NCBI GenBank assembly: GCA_963704705.1
Contig: OY969931.1
Span: forward strand, 1,140,001-1,172,000
DNA: 32,000 nucleotides
Source of the DNA: an uncultured bacterium
GTDB taxonomy: Bacteria > Patescibacteriota > Gracilibacteria > UBA1369 > PNNO01
Direction: 5' to 3'
This document shows, in pieces, positions 1 to 8,544 of this stretch. Numbering within the stretch: position 1 is the first letter of the stretch; each line of letters begins with the position of its first letter. The notes under the pieces are model-generated. The model was not told the origin of the DNA. It saw only the letters and a program-made list of their open reading frames with translations, and did no database searches. A program made the position numbers and the translations under genes.

Positions 1-250
1 TAAGAGTAATATGAGTACTTATGTTCAGTTAATTGATGACGACGCAAATAAGACATTAACTTGCATATCAGACGTAAAAGATAAAAAGCCAACTAATGTT
101 GAAAGCGCAAAGAAAATCGGTTTGGAAGTTGCAAAGAAAGCAAAAGAATTAAAAGTTGATACCTGCGTATTTGATCGCAATGGATATAAATATCACGGCT
201 TAGTTAAAGCATTAGCTGATGCTGCTCGTGAAGGAGGACTAAACTTTTAA
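1..250 (+). CDS. rplR: 50S ribosomal protein L18, C-terminal part (5' end off-window)
   Basis: The frame is open from the window edge. The C-terminus VFDRNGYKYHGLVKALADAAREGGLNF matches the conserved L18 C-terminal signature. It lies directly upstream of rpsE, as in spc operons. Confidence 0.9.
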   Translation, partial: KSNMSTYVQLIDDDANKTLTCISDVKDKKPTNVESAKKIGLEVAKKAKELKVDTCVFDRNGYKYHGLVKALADAAREGGLNF

Positions 251-280
251 TTACTAATTACTAATTTCTAATAACTAATT
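251..280 (+). repeat. r-protein operon spacer repeat, copy 1 (TTACTAATTACTAATTTCTAATAACTAATT), upstream of rpsE
   Basis: Near-identical to the spacers at 5967-6004 and 6805-6833. Built from ACTAAT-like units, with stops in all three frames. Confidence 0.85.
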
Positions 281-286
281 ATAGAT

Positions 287-838
287 ATGGGAAAACCAGC
301 ACATAAAAAAGGTAGATCACCAATGAAAGAAGTTAAGGAATACGAAGAAGAAGTAATTCAGATTGATCGTGTTACCAGAGTAGTAAAAGGTGGACGAAGA
401 CTTAGATTCAGAGCAACTGTTGTTATTGGCAACAGAAAAGGTAAAGTCGGAATCGGTATCGGAAAATCTACCGAGGTTGCTGCTGCAATTCAAAAAGCAA
501 TCCAAAAAGCTAAACGTTCACTAATTATTGTTCCTATTTTCAGAGATACAATCCCGCACGATATTAAACATAAATTTAAGAGTTCAAGAATTATGATGAT
601 GCCTGCTGGAGAAGGTACCGGTATTATTGCAGGAGGTGCAGTTCGTAAAGTTGTGGAATTGGCTGGAATTAAAAATATTTTAAGTAAATCGTTTGGAACA
701 AATAATAAAGTGAGTAATACTCAATGTGCTTATGAAACTTTAAAACTATTAAGAAAAAGAACAGAAAGACCAAAAGCAGGAGCGACCAAAGCGGAGCTTC
801 TTAAGGAGCAAAGCGAAGCGAAACCATCAAAAGAATAA
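287..838 (+). CDS. rpsE: 30S ribosomal protein S5
   Basis: DRVTRVVKGGRRLRFRATVVIGNRKGKVGIGIGKSTEVAAAIQKA is the S5 dsRBD/S5 signature. It sits between L18 and L15. It carries a Lys/Glu-rich C-terminal tail. Confidence 0.95.
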   Translation: MGKPAHKKGRSPMKEVKEYEEEVIQIDRVTRVVKGGRRLRFRATVVIGNRKGKVGIGIGKSTEVAAAIQKAIQKAKRSLIIVPIFRDTIPHDIKHKFKSSRIMMMPAGEGTGIIAGGAVRKVVELAGIKNILSKSFGTNNKVSNTQCAYETLKLLRKRTERPKAGATKAELLKEQSEAKPSKE

Positions 839-858
839 TTCTATAAATTTAATTTAAA

Positions 859-1410
859 ATGACATTAACAGTATTAAAAAGCAATCAGGGAGCAAGGCAT
901 AAAAGCAAACGTCTTGGACGTGGTAACGGTTCAGGAAAAGGAACTTATAGTGGAAGAGGTATGAAAGGTCAGAAAGCAAGAAGTGGCGGTGGAGTAAGAC
1001 CGGGATTTGAAGGAGGACAAACTCCTTTCGTTCAAAAAATGCCTAAATTAAAAGGATTTAGAAATCCAAATCATATTAATTATCAGGTTGTGAATGTTAA
1101 AGATCTTGAAATGTTTGATAGCGGAGCAGCAATTGATGCAACTTCACTATTTGAAAAAGGATTGGTTGCAAAGAAAAATTTCCCTGTTAAGATTTTAGGA
1201 GATGGTGAAATTACAAAAAAATTAAATGTTAAAGTAAATAGTATTTCAAAAAGTGCTGAAGAAAAAATAACTAAAGCAGGCGGTAAGTGCGAACTTCTAC
1301 CTAAGAAAGAAAAGATTGAAGGAAAAAAAGCAAAAGCTATAAGAGTAGCTAAAGAAGAAAAAGAAGCAAAAGCTGAAGAGGCTCCAGCTGAAGAAGAGCC
1401 TAAAGCATAA
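859..1410 (+). CDS. rplO: 50S ribosomal protein L15 with K/E/A-rich C-terminal extension
   Basis: The N-terminus has GRGNGSGKGTYSGRGMKGQKARSGGGVRPGFEGGQTP, the typical L15 glycine-rich motif. It follows rpsE after only 20 nt, so no L30 gene is present. Confidence 0.93.
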   Translation: MTLTVLKSNQGARHKSKRLGRGNGSGKGTYSGRGMKGQKARSGGGVRPGFEGGQTPFVQKMPKLKGFRNPNHINYQVVNVKDLEMFDSGAAIDATSLFEKGLVAKKNFPVKILGDGEITKKLNVKVNSISKSAEEKITKAGGKCELLPKKEKIEGKKAKAIRVAKEEKEAKAEEAPAEEEPKA

Positions 1411-1424
1411 CCCTCCCCTACTAA

Positions 1425-2723
1425 ATGATTAAATATTTAAAACAAATCTGGAATTCAAAGGATTTACGAAAAAAAATCCTTTTTACAATTTCAATTCTAG
1501 TTATTTATAGAATTTGTACTCAAATATCTATTCCGGGTGCAGATTTGGATGCTATCAGAACAGTAATCAATAAAAACCAATTACTTGGTATTTTCAGTGC
1601 ATTAACAGGTGGATCAGCAAAAAACTTTTCTATTATTTTGATGGGACTTTCACCTTACATCAATGCATCTATCATAATGCAGCTTTTGACTGTAATTGTG
1701 CCGAAACTTGAAAACTTATCGAAAGAAGGTGAAGCAGGAAGAAGAAAAATTAATCAGTATACAAGATGGATGGCTGTGCCAATCGCATTCCTTCAGTCTT
1801 ACGGAATGATTGTACTTATTAATTCACAGGCTGCAGTGCCTATTGTGCCAAATATTGCCGACCCTGCTGTTGTATTGCCGATAATGCTAACTATCACAGC
1901 TGGAACAATATTCTTGATGTGGCTTGGTGAACTTATTACTGAAAGCGGTATCGGAAATGGTATTTCACTTATAATCTTCGCGGGTATTATCGCAAATATA
2001 CCTACAATGTTAGGGCAGATTTTATCACTCGCTTCAGCTGAAACTGAACGTTTGATACCTTTTGTTTTAATGCTTCTCGTAACCATCGCGCTCCTTATTT
2101 TTGTAATTATGGTTACTGAGGCAAACAGACAAATACCAATTATTTATGCCGGAAGAGGAACACGTGGTAAAAGTGACCATGCTGTACTTCCAATAAGAAT
2201 AAATCAGGCCGGAATGATACCTATTATCTTTGCTGTTTCAATGGCAACTTTCCCAGGTGTTCTGGCTCAGTTATTTTCTAATTCCGCTAATGAAACATTA
2301 AAAGCAATAGCAACCGGAATTCAAACATATTTCCACATTAACAGTCCTTTATATATTCTTGTATATTTCGGGCTTGTAATTGCGTTTACGTTCTTCTACG
2401 TAAGCATTACTTTCAATGCGGAACAGGTTGCTGATAATCTTCAAAAACGAGGCGGATATATTCCGGGAATCAGACCAGGAAAAGAAACTTCAGATTATCT
2501 GGGAAAAGTATCAAGCAGATTAAACTTATGGGGAGGTTTGTTTATAGCATTTATTGCTGTTCTTCCTATTATTCTGGGTTCTTTATTTTCATCGCTTAAT
2601 ATGGGAAGTGTTCCATTACTTATAAGCGGTGCAGGAATGATCATCATAGTTGGTGTTGTTCTTGAACTTATAAGACAGATAAACGCTCAGCTTGTGATGC
2701 ACGATTATAGTAAGTTCTATTAA
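1425..2723 (+). CDS. secY: Preprotein translocase subunit SecY
   Basis: 432-aa polytopic membrane protein in the canonical position after rplO. Contains SecY-like segments (GISPYINASIIMQLL-type, GTIFLMWLGELITE, RPGKETSDYL). Confidence 0.97.
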   Translation: MIKYLKQIWNSKDLRKKILFTISILVIYRICTQISIPGADLDAIRTVINKNQLLGIFSALTGGSAKNFSIILMGLSPYINASIIMQLLTVIVPKLENLSKEGEAGRRKINQYTRWMAVPIAFLQSYGMIVLINSQAAVPIVPNIADPAVVLPIMLTITAGTIFLMWLGELITESGIGNGISLIIFAGIIANIPTMLGQILSLASAETERLIPFVLMLLVTIALLIFVIMVTEANRQIPIIYAGRGTRGKSDHAVLPIRINQAGMIPIIFAVSMATFPGVLAQLFSNSANETLKAIATGIQTYFHINSPLYILVYFGLVIAFTFFYVSITFNAEQVADNLQKRGGYIPGIRPGKETSDYLGKVSSRLNLWGGLFIAFIAVLPIILGSLFSSLNMGSVPLLISGAGMIIIVGVVLELIRQINAQLVMHDYSKFY

Positions 2724-2764
2724 CAGAGGCGCGAACTTTTTAGTGAGCGCAGTGAAAATCACTA

Positions 2765-2794
2765 TTGACAATACATTAGTGTCAAAGGTTAAAT
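2765..2794 (+). promoter_or_regulatory. Possible internal promoter before adk (TTGACA-N18-TTAAAT)
   Basis: A perfect -35 hexamer is present. The TTGACA is part of the inverted repeat TTGACA-N9-TGTCAA. The -10 is weak. Confidence 0.35.
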
Positions 2795-2823
2795 GTTTTA
2801 GTGTGTAATTAATTTTTCTTATT

Positions 2824-3462
2824 ATGGATATTCTAATGTTCGGGATTCAGGGTTCAGGAAAAGGAACTCAAAGCAAACTTTTAAAAGACTATTATGAAAT
2901 GGCTTATTTTGAGACAGGAGCGGAACTTCGAAAACTTGCTCAGGAAGACAGTGAACTTGGTCATAAAGTAAAAAGCATTATTGAAGCAGGGCATCTTGTT
3001 GATAATGATGTTGTTATGGAGATAGTTGAAAATTTTATGAAGAGTGTGCCTGAAGGAAAAAGTGTTATTTTTGATGGCATTCCAAGAAAAATGGAACAAA
3101 AAGAAACTCTGGACGCTTTATTAAATGAGCATGGCCGTGAATTTAAAGTTGTTATTTTGGATTTATCAGAAGAGCAGGCATTGGATCGATTAACTAAAAG
3201 AAGAATATGCAGTAAATGCAAAGAGGTCTATCCCGCAAAATATGATAAAGATGTTTGTGAAAAATGCGGAGGAGAACTAATTACACGAACCGATGACAAT
3301 GCTGATAGTATTAAAGTGCGATTAAAAGCTTTTACAGACGAAACCATGCCTGTTATAAATAAATATGAAGAAGAAGGTAAGCTTATCCATGTTGATGGTT
3401 CAGGCGCAATTGAAGAAGTTGATAAATTATTACATGAAACCTTAGATCCAATTTTAAAATAA
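2824..3462 (+). CDS. adk: Adenylate kinase (zinc-lid type)
   Basis: P-loop GIQGSGKGTQ. LID domain has a CSKC...CEKC four-Cys motif. Canonical position after secY. Confidence 0.95.
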   Translation: MDILMFGIQGSGKGTQSKLLKDYYEMAYFETGAELRKLAQEDSELGHKVKSIIEAGHLVDNDVVMEIVENFMKSVPEGKSVIFDGIPRKMEQKETLDALLNEHGREFKVVILDLSEEQALDRLTKRRICSKCKEVYPAKYDKDVCEKCGGELITRTDDNADSIKVRLKAFTDETMPVINKYEEEGKLIHVDGSGAIEEVDKLLHETLDPILK

Positions 3463-3468
3463 TAAGGA

Positions 3469-3493
3469 GTGAGCCGGCCTTGAGGCGGCTCAC
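3469..3493 (+). other. GC-rich hairpin after adk (GTGAGCCG-9 nt-CGGCTCAC)
   Basis: Perfect 8-bp stem with no U-tract. It is followed by the tandem 9-mer AACTCGTTT x2. Confidence 0.4.
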
Positions 3494-3531
3494 GATTACG
3501 CTCGCGAGAAACTCGTTTAACTCGTTTCTGA

Positions 3532-4278
3532 ATGGCAATAATTATTAAAACACCAGAGGAGATAGCAATAATGCGTGAAGCCGGTAAAATACTTCACGAT
3601 ATTTTGGAAGAACTCAAAGGTTTGGCTAAAGTCGGCATAACAACCAAAGAACTCGACCAGCACGCTGAAAAACTTATGAAAAAATATGGTGTAATAGCGT
3701 CATTTAAAGATTATAAAGGCTTTCCTGCTACTTTGTGCACTTCTGTAAATGAAGAAGTTGTTCACACAATTCCCAATAATAGAAAACTTGAAGACGGAGA
3801 TATTCTTACAATTGACTGCGGTGTTTATCATAAAGGTTTCCATAGTGATTCAGCTATTACAATTTTAATCGGGAATGTGGATGAAAAAGTTAAGGAATTT
3901 TGTTTTGTTGTGAAAAAAGCATTAACCGAAGCTATTTCAAAAGTTAAACCCGGAGTTCAGTTAAATGTTATTGGTGACACTATACAAAAAATCATTGAAG
4001 AAAAACATGGCTACAGTGTAATCAAAGAACTTACCGGCCACGGCATAGGCAGACAGCTGCATGAAGATCCTTTTGTATTAAATTATAAAGATATTTCAAA
4101 GGGGCCTGTTCTTGAAGAAGGCATGACAATTGCAATAGAACCGATTGTTGCAATGGGCTCAAGCGAAATTATTACCCTTGATGACAACTGGACAATTGTA
4201 ACAGCTGATAAAATGCCTGCATGCCAATGGGAGCATACGGTTGCGGTTACAAAAGATGGTTGTGAGGTTTTAACTTAA
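3532..4278 (+). CDS. map: Type I methionine aminopeptidase
   Basis: Metal-ligand context DGDILTIDCGVYHKGFHSDSA, TGHGIG, AIEP and WEHTV. Canonical position after adk. Confidence 0.95.
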   Translation: MAIIIKTPEEIAIMREAGKILHDILEELKGLAKVGITTKELDQHAEKLMKKYGVIASFKDYKGFPATLCTSVNEEVVHTIPNNRKLEDGDILTIDCGVYHKGFHSDSAITILIGNVDEKVKEFCFVVKKALTEAISKVKPGVQLNVIGDTIQKIIEEKHGYSVIKELTGHGIGRQLHEDPFVLNYKDISKGPVLEEGMTIAIEPIVAMGSSEIITLDDNWTIVTADKMPACQWEHTVAVTKDGCEVLT

Positions 4279-4284
4279 GTGCCT

Positions 4285-4331
4285 TTGCCAGGCAATGTAG
4301 GATTGGTCGGTAAAGTGAGATTGCCGGGCAA
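4285..4331. terminator. Twin palindromes TTGCCAGGCAA / TTGCCGGGCAA between convergent map and the patatin gene
   Basis: Two near-identical 11-nt palindromes lie 25 nt apart. They can fold locally or pair with each other. They may form a bidirectional terminator. Confidence 0.35.
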
Positions 4332-4334
4332 ATG

Positions 4335-5357
4335 CTAGTTGTCCGGATTTCCGTATAGAAGTTCTTTAAGTTTTGGAAGTGCTTTTAACATTGCTTCTTT
4401 GCCTCTTTCAATTGCGGCTTCAGCTTTATCAAATTCCAAAAGTCCGCATTCAACTGTTGGTTCAATTAATAAATCCGGATTTGCTTCTTTAATTCTTAAT
4501 TCTGTACTGTCTTTTGAAGCAATATCAAGTGCACGAAGTGTAATGCCAACTAGTAGTTGCGTATCTTGTTTTCTCTTATTCATAAAATTCTTTAAAAAGT
4601 TCATTTTTTTAAATAAATTTTGGTATTTCTGTTGATGATATTTTGCATAAACCATTCCTGAAATATTTTGCCGTGAAGTAAAGTTAACTAACTTAACCCC
4701 CATTATTACATTGGGGGTCATTTTGTCTTCTCCCTCCCTTAAACAGTTTAAAGGAAGATTATTTAATACTCCCCCATCAATCAAATAATGATCCTGGTAA
4801 AAAGTTGGTGGAAATATTATCGGAATTGATGCCGAAGCTTTAATTGCAGGTTTTAACAAACCTTTCTTAAATATCACTTCCTTTCCGCTTTCCAAATCAA
4901 CTGCAATTGTTGTAAATGGAATTATGCAGTCTTCAAATGTTTTATCTCTAAATAATTGAGTTAAAGCATCCTCAATAAAATCATCTTTTAGAATACTTTC
5001 ATGCAAAAGATTTAAATACCTTGTTGGAGTAATATGTAAATTCTGAAAATTCATAACAATTTTCTTGATTTTATCCAAAGGATATCCAACCGCATACATG
5101 CCGGCCATAATAGCCCCCATACTTGTCCCTGCAATCATATCCGGTTTAATTCCTGCATTTTCTAATACTTCCAATACTCCGACGTGGGCAAAACCTCTGG
5201 CGCCACCACCACCCAATGCTAATCCGAATTTCTTTCGTTTTGGTAATGATTCGCTGCTTGACATTGCTATTTTATTATGTGATTGTATATATTTTACCAA
5301 ATTTTCCGCATAAACACAACCGATTCGACTAATTGCCACCATATTATCAAATATCAC
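4335..5357 (-). CDS. Patatin-like phospholipase (RssA-like). The true start is probably the internal ATG at 5264.
   Basis: Oxyanion motif GLALGGGGARG, nucleophile elbow GTSMG, and catalytic Asp in IDGGVLNN. The track start at 5357 is GTG. M32 (ATG at 5264) would give the short N-terminus typical of this family. Confidence 0.85.
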   Translation of the reverse strand: MIFDNMVAISRIGCVYAENLVKYIQSHNKIAMSSSESLPKRKKFGLALGGGGARGFAHVGVLEVLENAGIKPDMIAGTSMGAIMAGMYAVGYPLDKIKKIVMNFQNLHITPTRYLNLLHESILKDDFIEDALTQLFRDKTFEDCIIPFTTIAVDLESGKEVIFKKGLLKPAIKASASIPIIFPPTFYQDHYLIDGGVLNNLPLNCLREGEDKMTPNVIMGVKLVNFTSRQNISGMVYAKYHQQKYQNLFKKMNFLKNFMNKRKQDTQLLVGITLRALDIASKDSTELRIKEANPDLLIEPTVECGLLEFDKAEAAIERGKEAMLKALPKLKELLYGNPDN

Positions 5358-5422
5358 GGTGCAATATTTTTAATAATTTGCAAGTCAATTTTTTAAATAT
5401 CAGAAATTTTGTTAAAAAGTAC

Positions 5423-5451
5423 TTGATTTAAGGAAATGTAACAAGTATTAT
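5423..5451 (+). promoter_or_regulatory. Putative promoter for infA-rpmJ-rpsM... (TTGATT-N17-TATTAT)
   Basis: The hexamers and the 17-nt spacer were read directly. The site lies in the 153-nt divergent gap. Confidence 0.55.
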
Positions 5452-5510
5452 CTCTTCGCTGTTTTTTAGTCAAAAAGAGGTATAAACCTTTATTTAAAAC
5501 CCAAATTTAC

Positions 5511-5840
5511 ATGGCAAAAGAGGTGATCGAAATACTTGGTGAAGTTATTGAAACTCTCCCGAACACCACATTTAAAGTCAAATTGATAGACGAGAACTAT
5601 CCTGACCATACAGTATTAGCGCATTTGTCAGGGAAAATGAGGGTTAATTACATCAAGGTTGTACCAGGAGACATAGTTACATTGGAACTAACTCCATACG
5701 ACTTAACAAAAGGCAGATTAACTTTTAGACATAAAACACTAGAAGCAGCTAAAGAAATGATGGCTGAAAGATCAAACAAAGGTAAAAGCGCAGGAGAAGA
5801 CGAACCCGAAGAATCAAACAATACCGATCCTAATAACTAA
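5511..5840 (+). CDS. infA: Translation initiation factor IF-1 with ~37-aa acidic C-terminal extension
   Basis: S1-like core [15 protein letters not shown]...[34 protein letters not shown], followed by a non-canonical tail. It precedes rpmJ. Confidence 0.93.
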   Translation: MAKEVIEILGEVIETLPNTTFKVKLIDENYPDHTVLAHLSGKMRVNYIKVVPGDIVTLELTPYDLTKGRLTFRHKTLEAAKEMMAERSNKGKSAGEDEPEESNNTDPNN

Positions 5841-5845
5841 TAATC

Positions 5846-5959
5846 ATGAAAGTAAGATCCTCTGTTAAAAAAATATGTGATAAATGCAAAATAATTCGCC
5901 GTGACGGTGTAATTAGAGTTATATGCAAAATTAAAAAACATAAGCAGAGACAGGGATAG
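5846..5959 (+). CDS. rpmJ: 50S ribosomal protein L36
   Basis: Hand-translated 37-aa [40 protein letters not shown] with the L36 zinc ribbon pattern. It is below the ORF-track length cutoff. It lies between infA and rpsM. Confidence 0.9.
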   Translation: MKVRSSVKKICDKCKIIRRDGVIRVICKIKKHKQRQG

Positions 5960-5966
5960 ACTATCA

Positions 5967-6004
5967 ATTACTAATTACTAATTTCTAATTACTAATAACT
6001 AATT
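5967..6004 (+). repeat. r-protein operon spacer repeat, copy 2 (one extra TACTAAT unit), abutting the rpsM ATG
   Basis: ATTACTAATTACTAATTTCTAATTACTAATAACTAATT. The first 22 nt after the leading A are identical to copy 1. Confidence 0.85.
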
Positions 6005-6379
6005 ATGGCTAGAATCGCAGGTGTAAATCTACCAAAAGAAAAAAGAATCGAAGTTGGATTAACTTCAATCTTTGGAATAGGACGAAGTTTAAGCAAAAAG
6101 ATACTTAATGAATTAAATATTGATTTAAATATAAAAGTTAAAGATTTATCAGATGCTGAAGTAGGAAAATTAAGAGAAGCAATTGGAAAATTGACTCTTG
6201 AAGGTGATCTTAGAAGAAAAGTTTCAATGGATATTAAGCGTCTTCAGGATATCGGGAGCTACAGAGGCTTCAGACACAGAAAAAGATTACCTGTAAGAGG
6301 ACAACGAACTAAAACAAATGCACGTACTAAACGCGGAAAGAAAGTTACTATCGCAAATAAAAAAGTTGCTACTAAGTAA
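6005..6379 (+). CDS. rpsM: 30S ribosomal protein S13
   Basis: [10 protein letters not shown]...[11 protein letters not shown]...[23 protein letters not shown] is the S13 signature. Confidence 0.96.
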   Translation: MARIAGVNLPKEKRIEVGLTSIFGIGRSLSKKILNELNIDLNIKVKDLSDAEVGKLREAIGKLTLEGDLRRKVSMDIKRLQDIGSYRGFRHRKRLPVRGQRTKTNARTKRGKKVTIANKKVATK

Positions 6380-6385
6380 AACATT

Positions 6386-6403
6386 AACTACTGACTAATA
6401 ACT
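6386..6403 (+). repeat. Degenerate copy of the spacer repeat (TAACTACTGACTAATAACT), abutting the rpsK ATG
   Basis: It shares the 3' CTAATAACT end of the motif. Confidence 0.4.
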
Positions 6404-6799
6404 ATGGCTACAAAAAAAGCTACAACAACTAAGAAAAAAGGTAAAAAAAGAGTAAGCCCTGAATGTAACGCTTACATACAGGCTTCATATAATAATACTA
6501 TTGTTACGATCACTGAACCAACAGGCGATACTATCGCATGGTCTTCAGCAGGTTCAAGCGGCTTTAAAGGCTCAAGAAAAGCAACTCCTTATGCTGCTCA
6601 GGTTGCTGCTGAAAATGCAGTTGAAAAAGCAAAAGCAGCAGGAATCGAAAAAGTTGCTGTATTTGTTAAAGGAGTCGGGCCTGGAAGAGAACAAGCAATA
6701 AGAGGATTAAACGCATCAGGACTTCAGATAATGGCAATCACTGATGTTACACCTGTTCCTCATAATGGTTGCCGTCAGAAAAAACAACGAAGAGTATAA
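6404..6799 (+). CDS. rpsK: 30S ribosomal protein S11
   Basis: [44 protein letters not shown] and the C-terminal [18 protein letters not shown] are S11 signatures. Confidence 0.96.
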   Translation: MATKKATTTKKKGKKRVSPECNAYIQASYNNTIVTITEPTGDTIAWSSAGSSGFKGSRKATPYAAQVAAENAVEKAKAAGIEKVAVFVKGVGPGREQAIRGLNASGLQIMAITDVTPVPHNGCRQKKQRRV

Positions 6800-6804
6800 C
6801 TTCA

Positions 6805-6833
6805 ATTACTAATTACTAATATCTAATAACTTA
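6805..6833 (+). repeat. r-protein operon spacer repeat, copy 3, upstream of rpsD
   Basis: ATTACTAATTACTAATATCTAATAACTTA. It has one mismatch to copy 1 over the core TTACTAATTACTAAT(T/A)TCTAATAACT. Confidence 0.85.
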
Positions 6834-6835
6834 TA

Positions 6836-7462
6836 ATGGCAAGATACACAGGACCAAAAGCAAAAATCGCACGAAGAGAAGGTTTAAGCCTTGCAGCTTT
6901 CGGTAATTACGAAGGTAGTGCATTAAAAGCTTGTCAAAAAAAGAACTATCCTCCGGGACATGCTGGTAAAAAAGGAAGTTTTTCAAAACCTTCTGAATAC
7001 TCAAAACAGCTTAGAGAAAAGCAAAAAGCTAAAAGAGTATATGGGATTTTGGAAAAACAATTCCGAAAATACTATACAAGAGCTGATAAATCTCACACAG
7101 CTACTCACAATGCTCTTCTTACACTTCTTGAAAAAAGGCTGGACAATTTTGTTTACAGAGGAGGCCTTGCAGATTCAAGAAGACAAGCAAGACAAATGGT
7201 TACTCACGGCCACTTTAAATTAAACGGAAAAAGAATCGATATTCCTTCTATTGAAGTAAAAGTAGGTGACGTGCTTGAGGTTCGTGAAAAGAATCAAAAA
7301 TCCCCTCTTTACGAAGAATTCACTAAGAGAAAACCAAATTCTCCAAAGTGGATTAAACCAGATTTAAAAGGTCTTAAACTTGAAATGTTACGTGAACCTG
7401 AATTGGAAGACCTTGAACACATTATCGACGCTCGACTTATTGTTGAGTACTACTCTAAGTAA
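6836..7462 (+). CDS. rpsD: 30S ribosomal protein S4
   Basis: MARYTGPKAKIARREG N-terminus. S4 RNA-binding domain: RLDNFVYRGGLADSRRQARQMVTHGHFKLNGKRIDIPS. Confidence 0.96.
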   Translation: MARYTGPKAKIARREGLSLAAFGNYEGSALKACQKKNYPPGHAGKKGSFSKPSEYSKQLREKQKAKRVYGILEKQFRKYYTRADKSHTATHNALLTLLEKRLDNFVYRGGLADSRRQARQMVTHGHFKLNGKRIDIPSIEVKVGDVLEVREKNQKSPLYEEFTKRKPNSPKWIKPDLKGLKLEMLREPELEDLEHIIDARLIVEYYSK

Positions 7463-7486
7463 TTACCAATTAATAATTTTATCTCC

Positions 7487-8464
7487 ATGCATCAAATACA
7501 AGAAGAAATTGGAATTCCAAAGTTTCAGCCTCAAAAAAAGGGTGATAATCATATGATATTTACTCTTGGGCCGTTGCCTCCGGGCTATGGAATGACAGTT
7601 GGTAACGCATTAAGACGCGTTTTACTTTCTTCACTTCCTGGAGCAGCAGTTACGGGTGTGAAAATCCAGGGTGTTAGCCATGAATATTCAACCGTTAAAG
7701 GTGTTAAAGATAGTGTACTTGATATAAACCTAAACCTTAAAAAGCTTTATATTCAAAAAGATACCAAAGAACCTTCAACTCTTGAATTGAATGTTTCTAA
7801 ACCGGGAATTGTAAAAGGAAAAGACATTAAATGCCCTACAGGTGTTAAAATTCTTAATCCTGATCAATACATAACTACTATCGAAGGTAAAACAGCAAAA
7901 CTAAAAATGGAACTAAGAGCTGAAAAAGGTGTAGGTTACGAACCGGCTTCCGTAAGAATCAAAACTGAAACAGACCCTAATATTATTGTTTTGGATGCTG
8001 TTTTCACTCCAGTTATTAAAGTTAGATACGAAGTTGAAAATACCCGTGTAGGACAAATGACAAACCTTGATAAATTAAGTCTTGAAATTCAGACTGACGG
8101 AACAATTACTCCTGAAGATGCACTTAAATTCTCTTCTAATATCCTTACTTCTTACTTCAATTTATTTAATGAAGAAGGAATTATGGTTGAAGAAGATTAT
8201 ATGAGTGATTTCGCTAAAATAGCAGCTAAAGAACAAGAACAGGAGAAAACAAAACCTGTTCAGGAATCATACACTCCAATTGAAATTTTAGGATTCTCAC
8301 CTAGAACTCTAAATGCTCTTATTAACGGAGGTATTGGTTCAATTGAACAATTATCAAAATGTACTGAAAGCAAACTTTCTAATCTAAGAGGTTTCGGAAA
8401 GAAAGCTCTTACTGAAGTTGCTGAAGCACTTGATAAAAAAGGCCTTAAATTGGCGGAGGATTAG
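7487..8464 (+). CDS. rpoA: DNA-directed RNA polymerase subunit alpha
   Basis: GNALRRVLLSSLPGAAVTGVKIQGVSHEYS (alpha NTD) and a C-terminal HhH-like ILGFSPRTLNALINGGIGSIEQL (alpha CTD). Confidence 0.95.
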   Translation: MHQIQEEIGIPKFQPQKKGDNHMIFTLGPLPPGYGMTVGNALRRVLLSSLPGAAVTGVKIQGVSHEYSTVKGVKDSVLDINLNLKKLYIQKDTKEPSTLELNVSKPGIVKGKDIKCPTGVKILNPDQYITTIEGKTAKLKMELRAEKGVGYEPASVRIKTETDPNIIVLDAVFTPVIKVRYEVENTRVGQMTNLDKLSLEIQTDGTITPEDALKFSSNILTSYFNLFNEEGIMVEEDYMSDFAKIAAKEQEQEKTKPVQESYTPIEILGFSPRTLNALINGGIGSIEQLSKCTESKLSNLRGFGKKALTEVAEALDKKGLKLAED

Positions 8465-8544
8465 AGCGGAACCACGGCGGAGCTCTTTGGAGCGCCAGCG
8501 GAGCGGAAAAATTAAATACCTATAAACTATATTAATTACTTACA

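Noticed and set aside
1799-2086. Antisense or alternate-frame ORFs in the track inside well-supported genes. Examples: 317-505, 1799-2086, 2881-3221, 4339-4635, 6501-6701, 6960-7223, 16088-16468, 19785-20222, 22384-22889, 29058-29406, 29734-30138.
   Set aside because: They lie fully within strongly supported conserved genes. They have low-complexity or Ser/Phe/Ile-rich compositions typical of shadow ORFs, and no start context.
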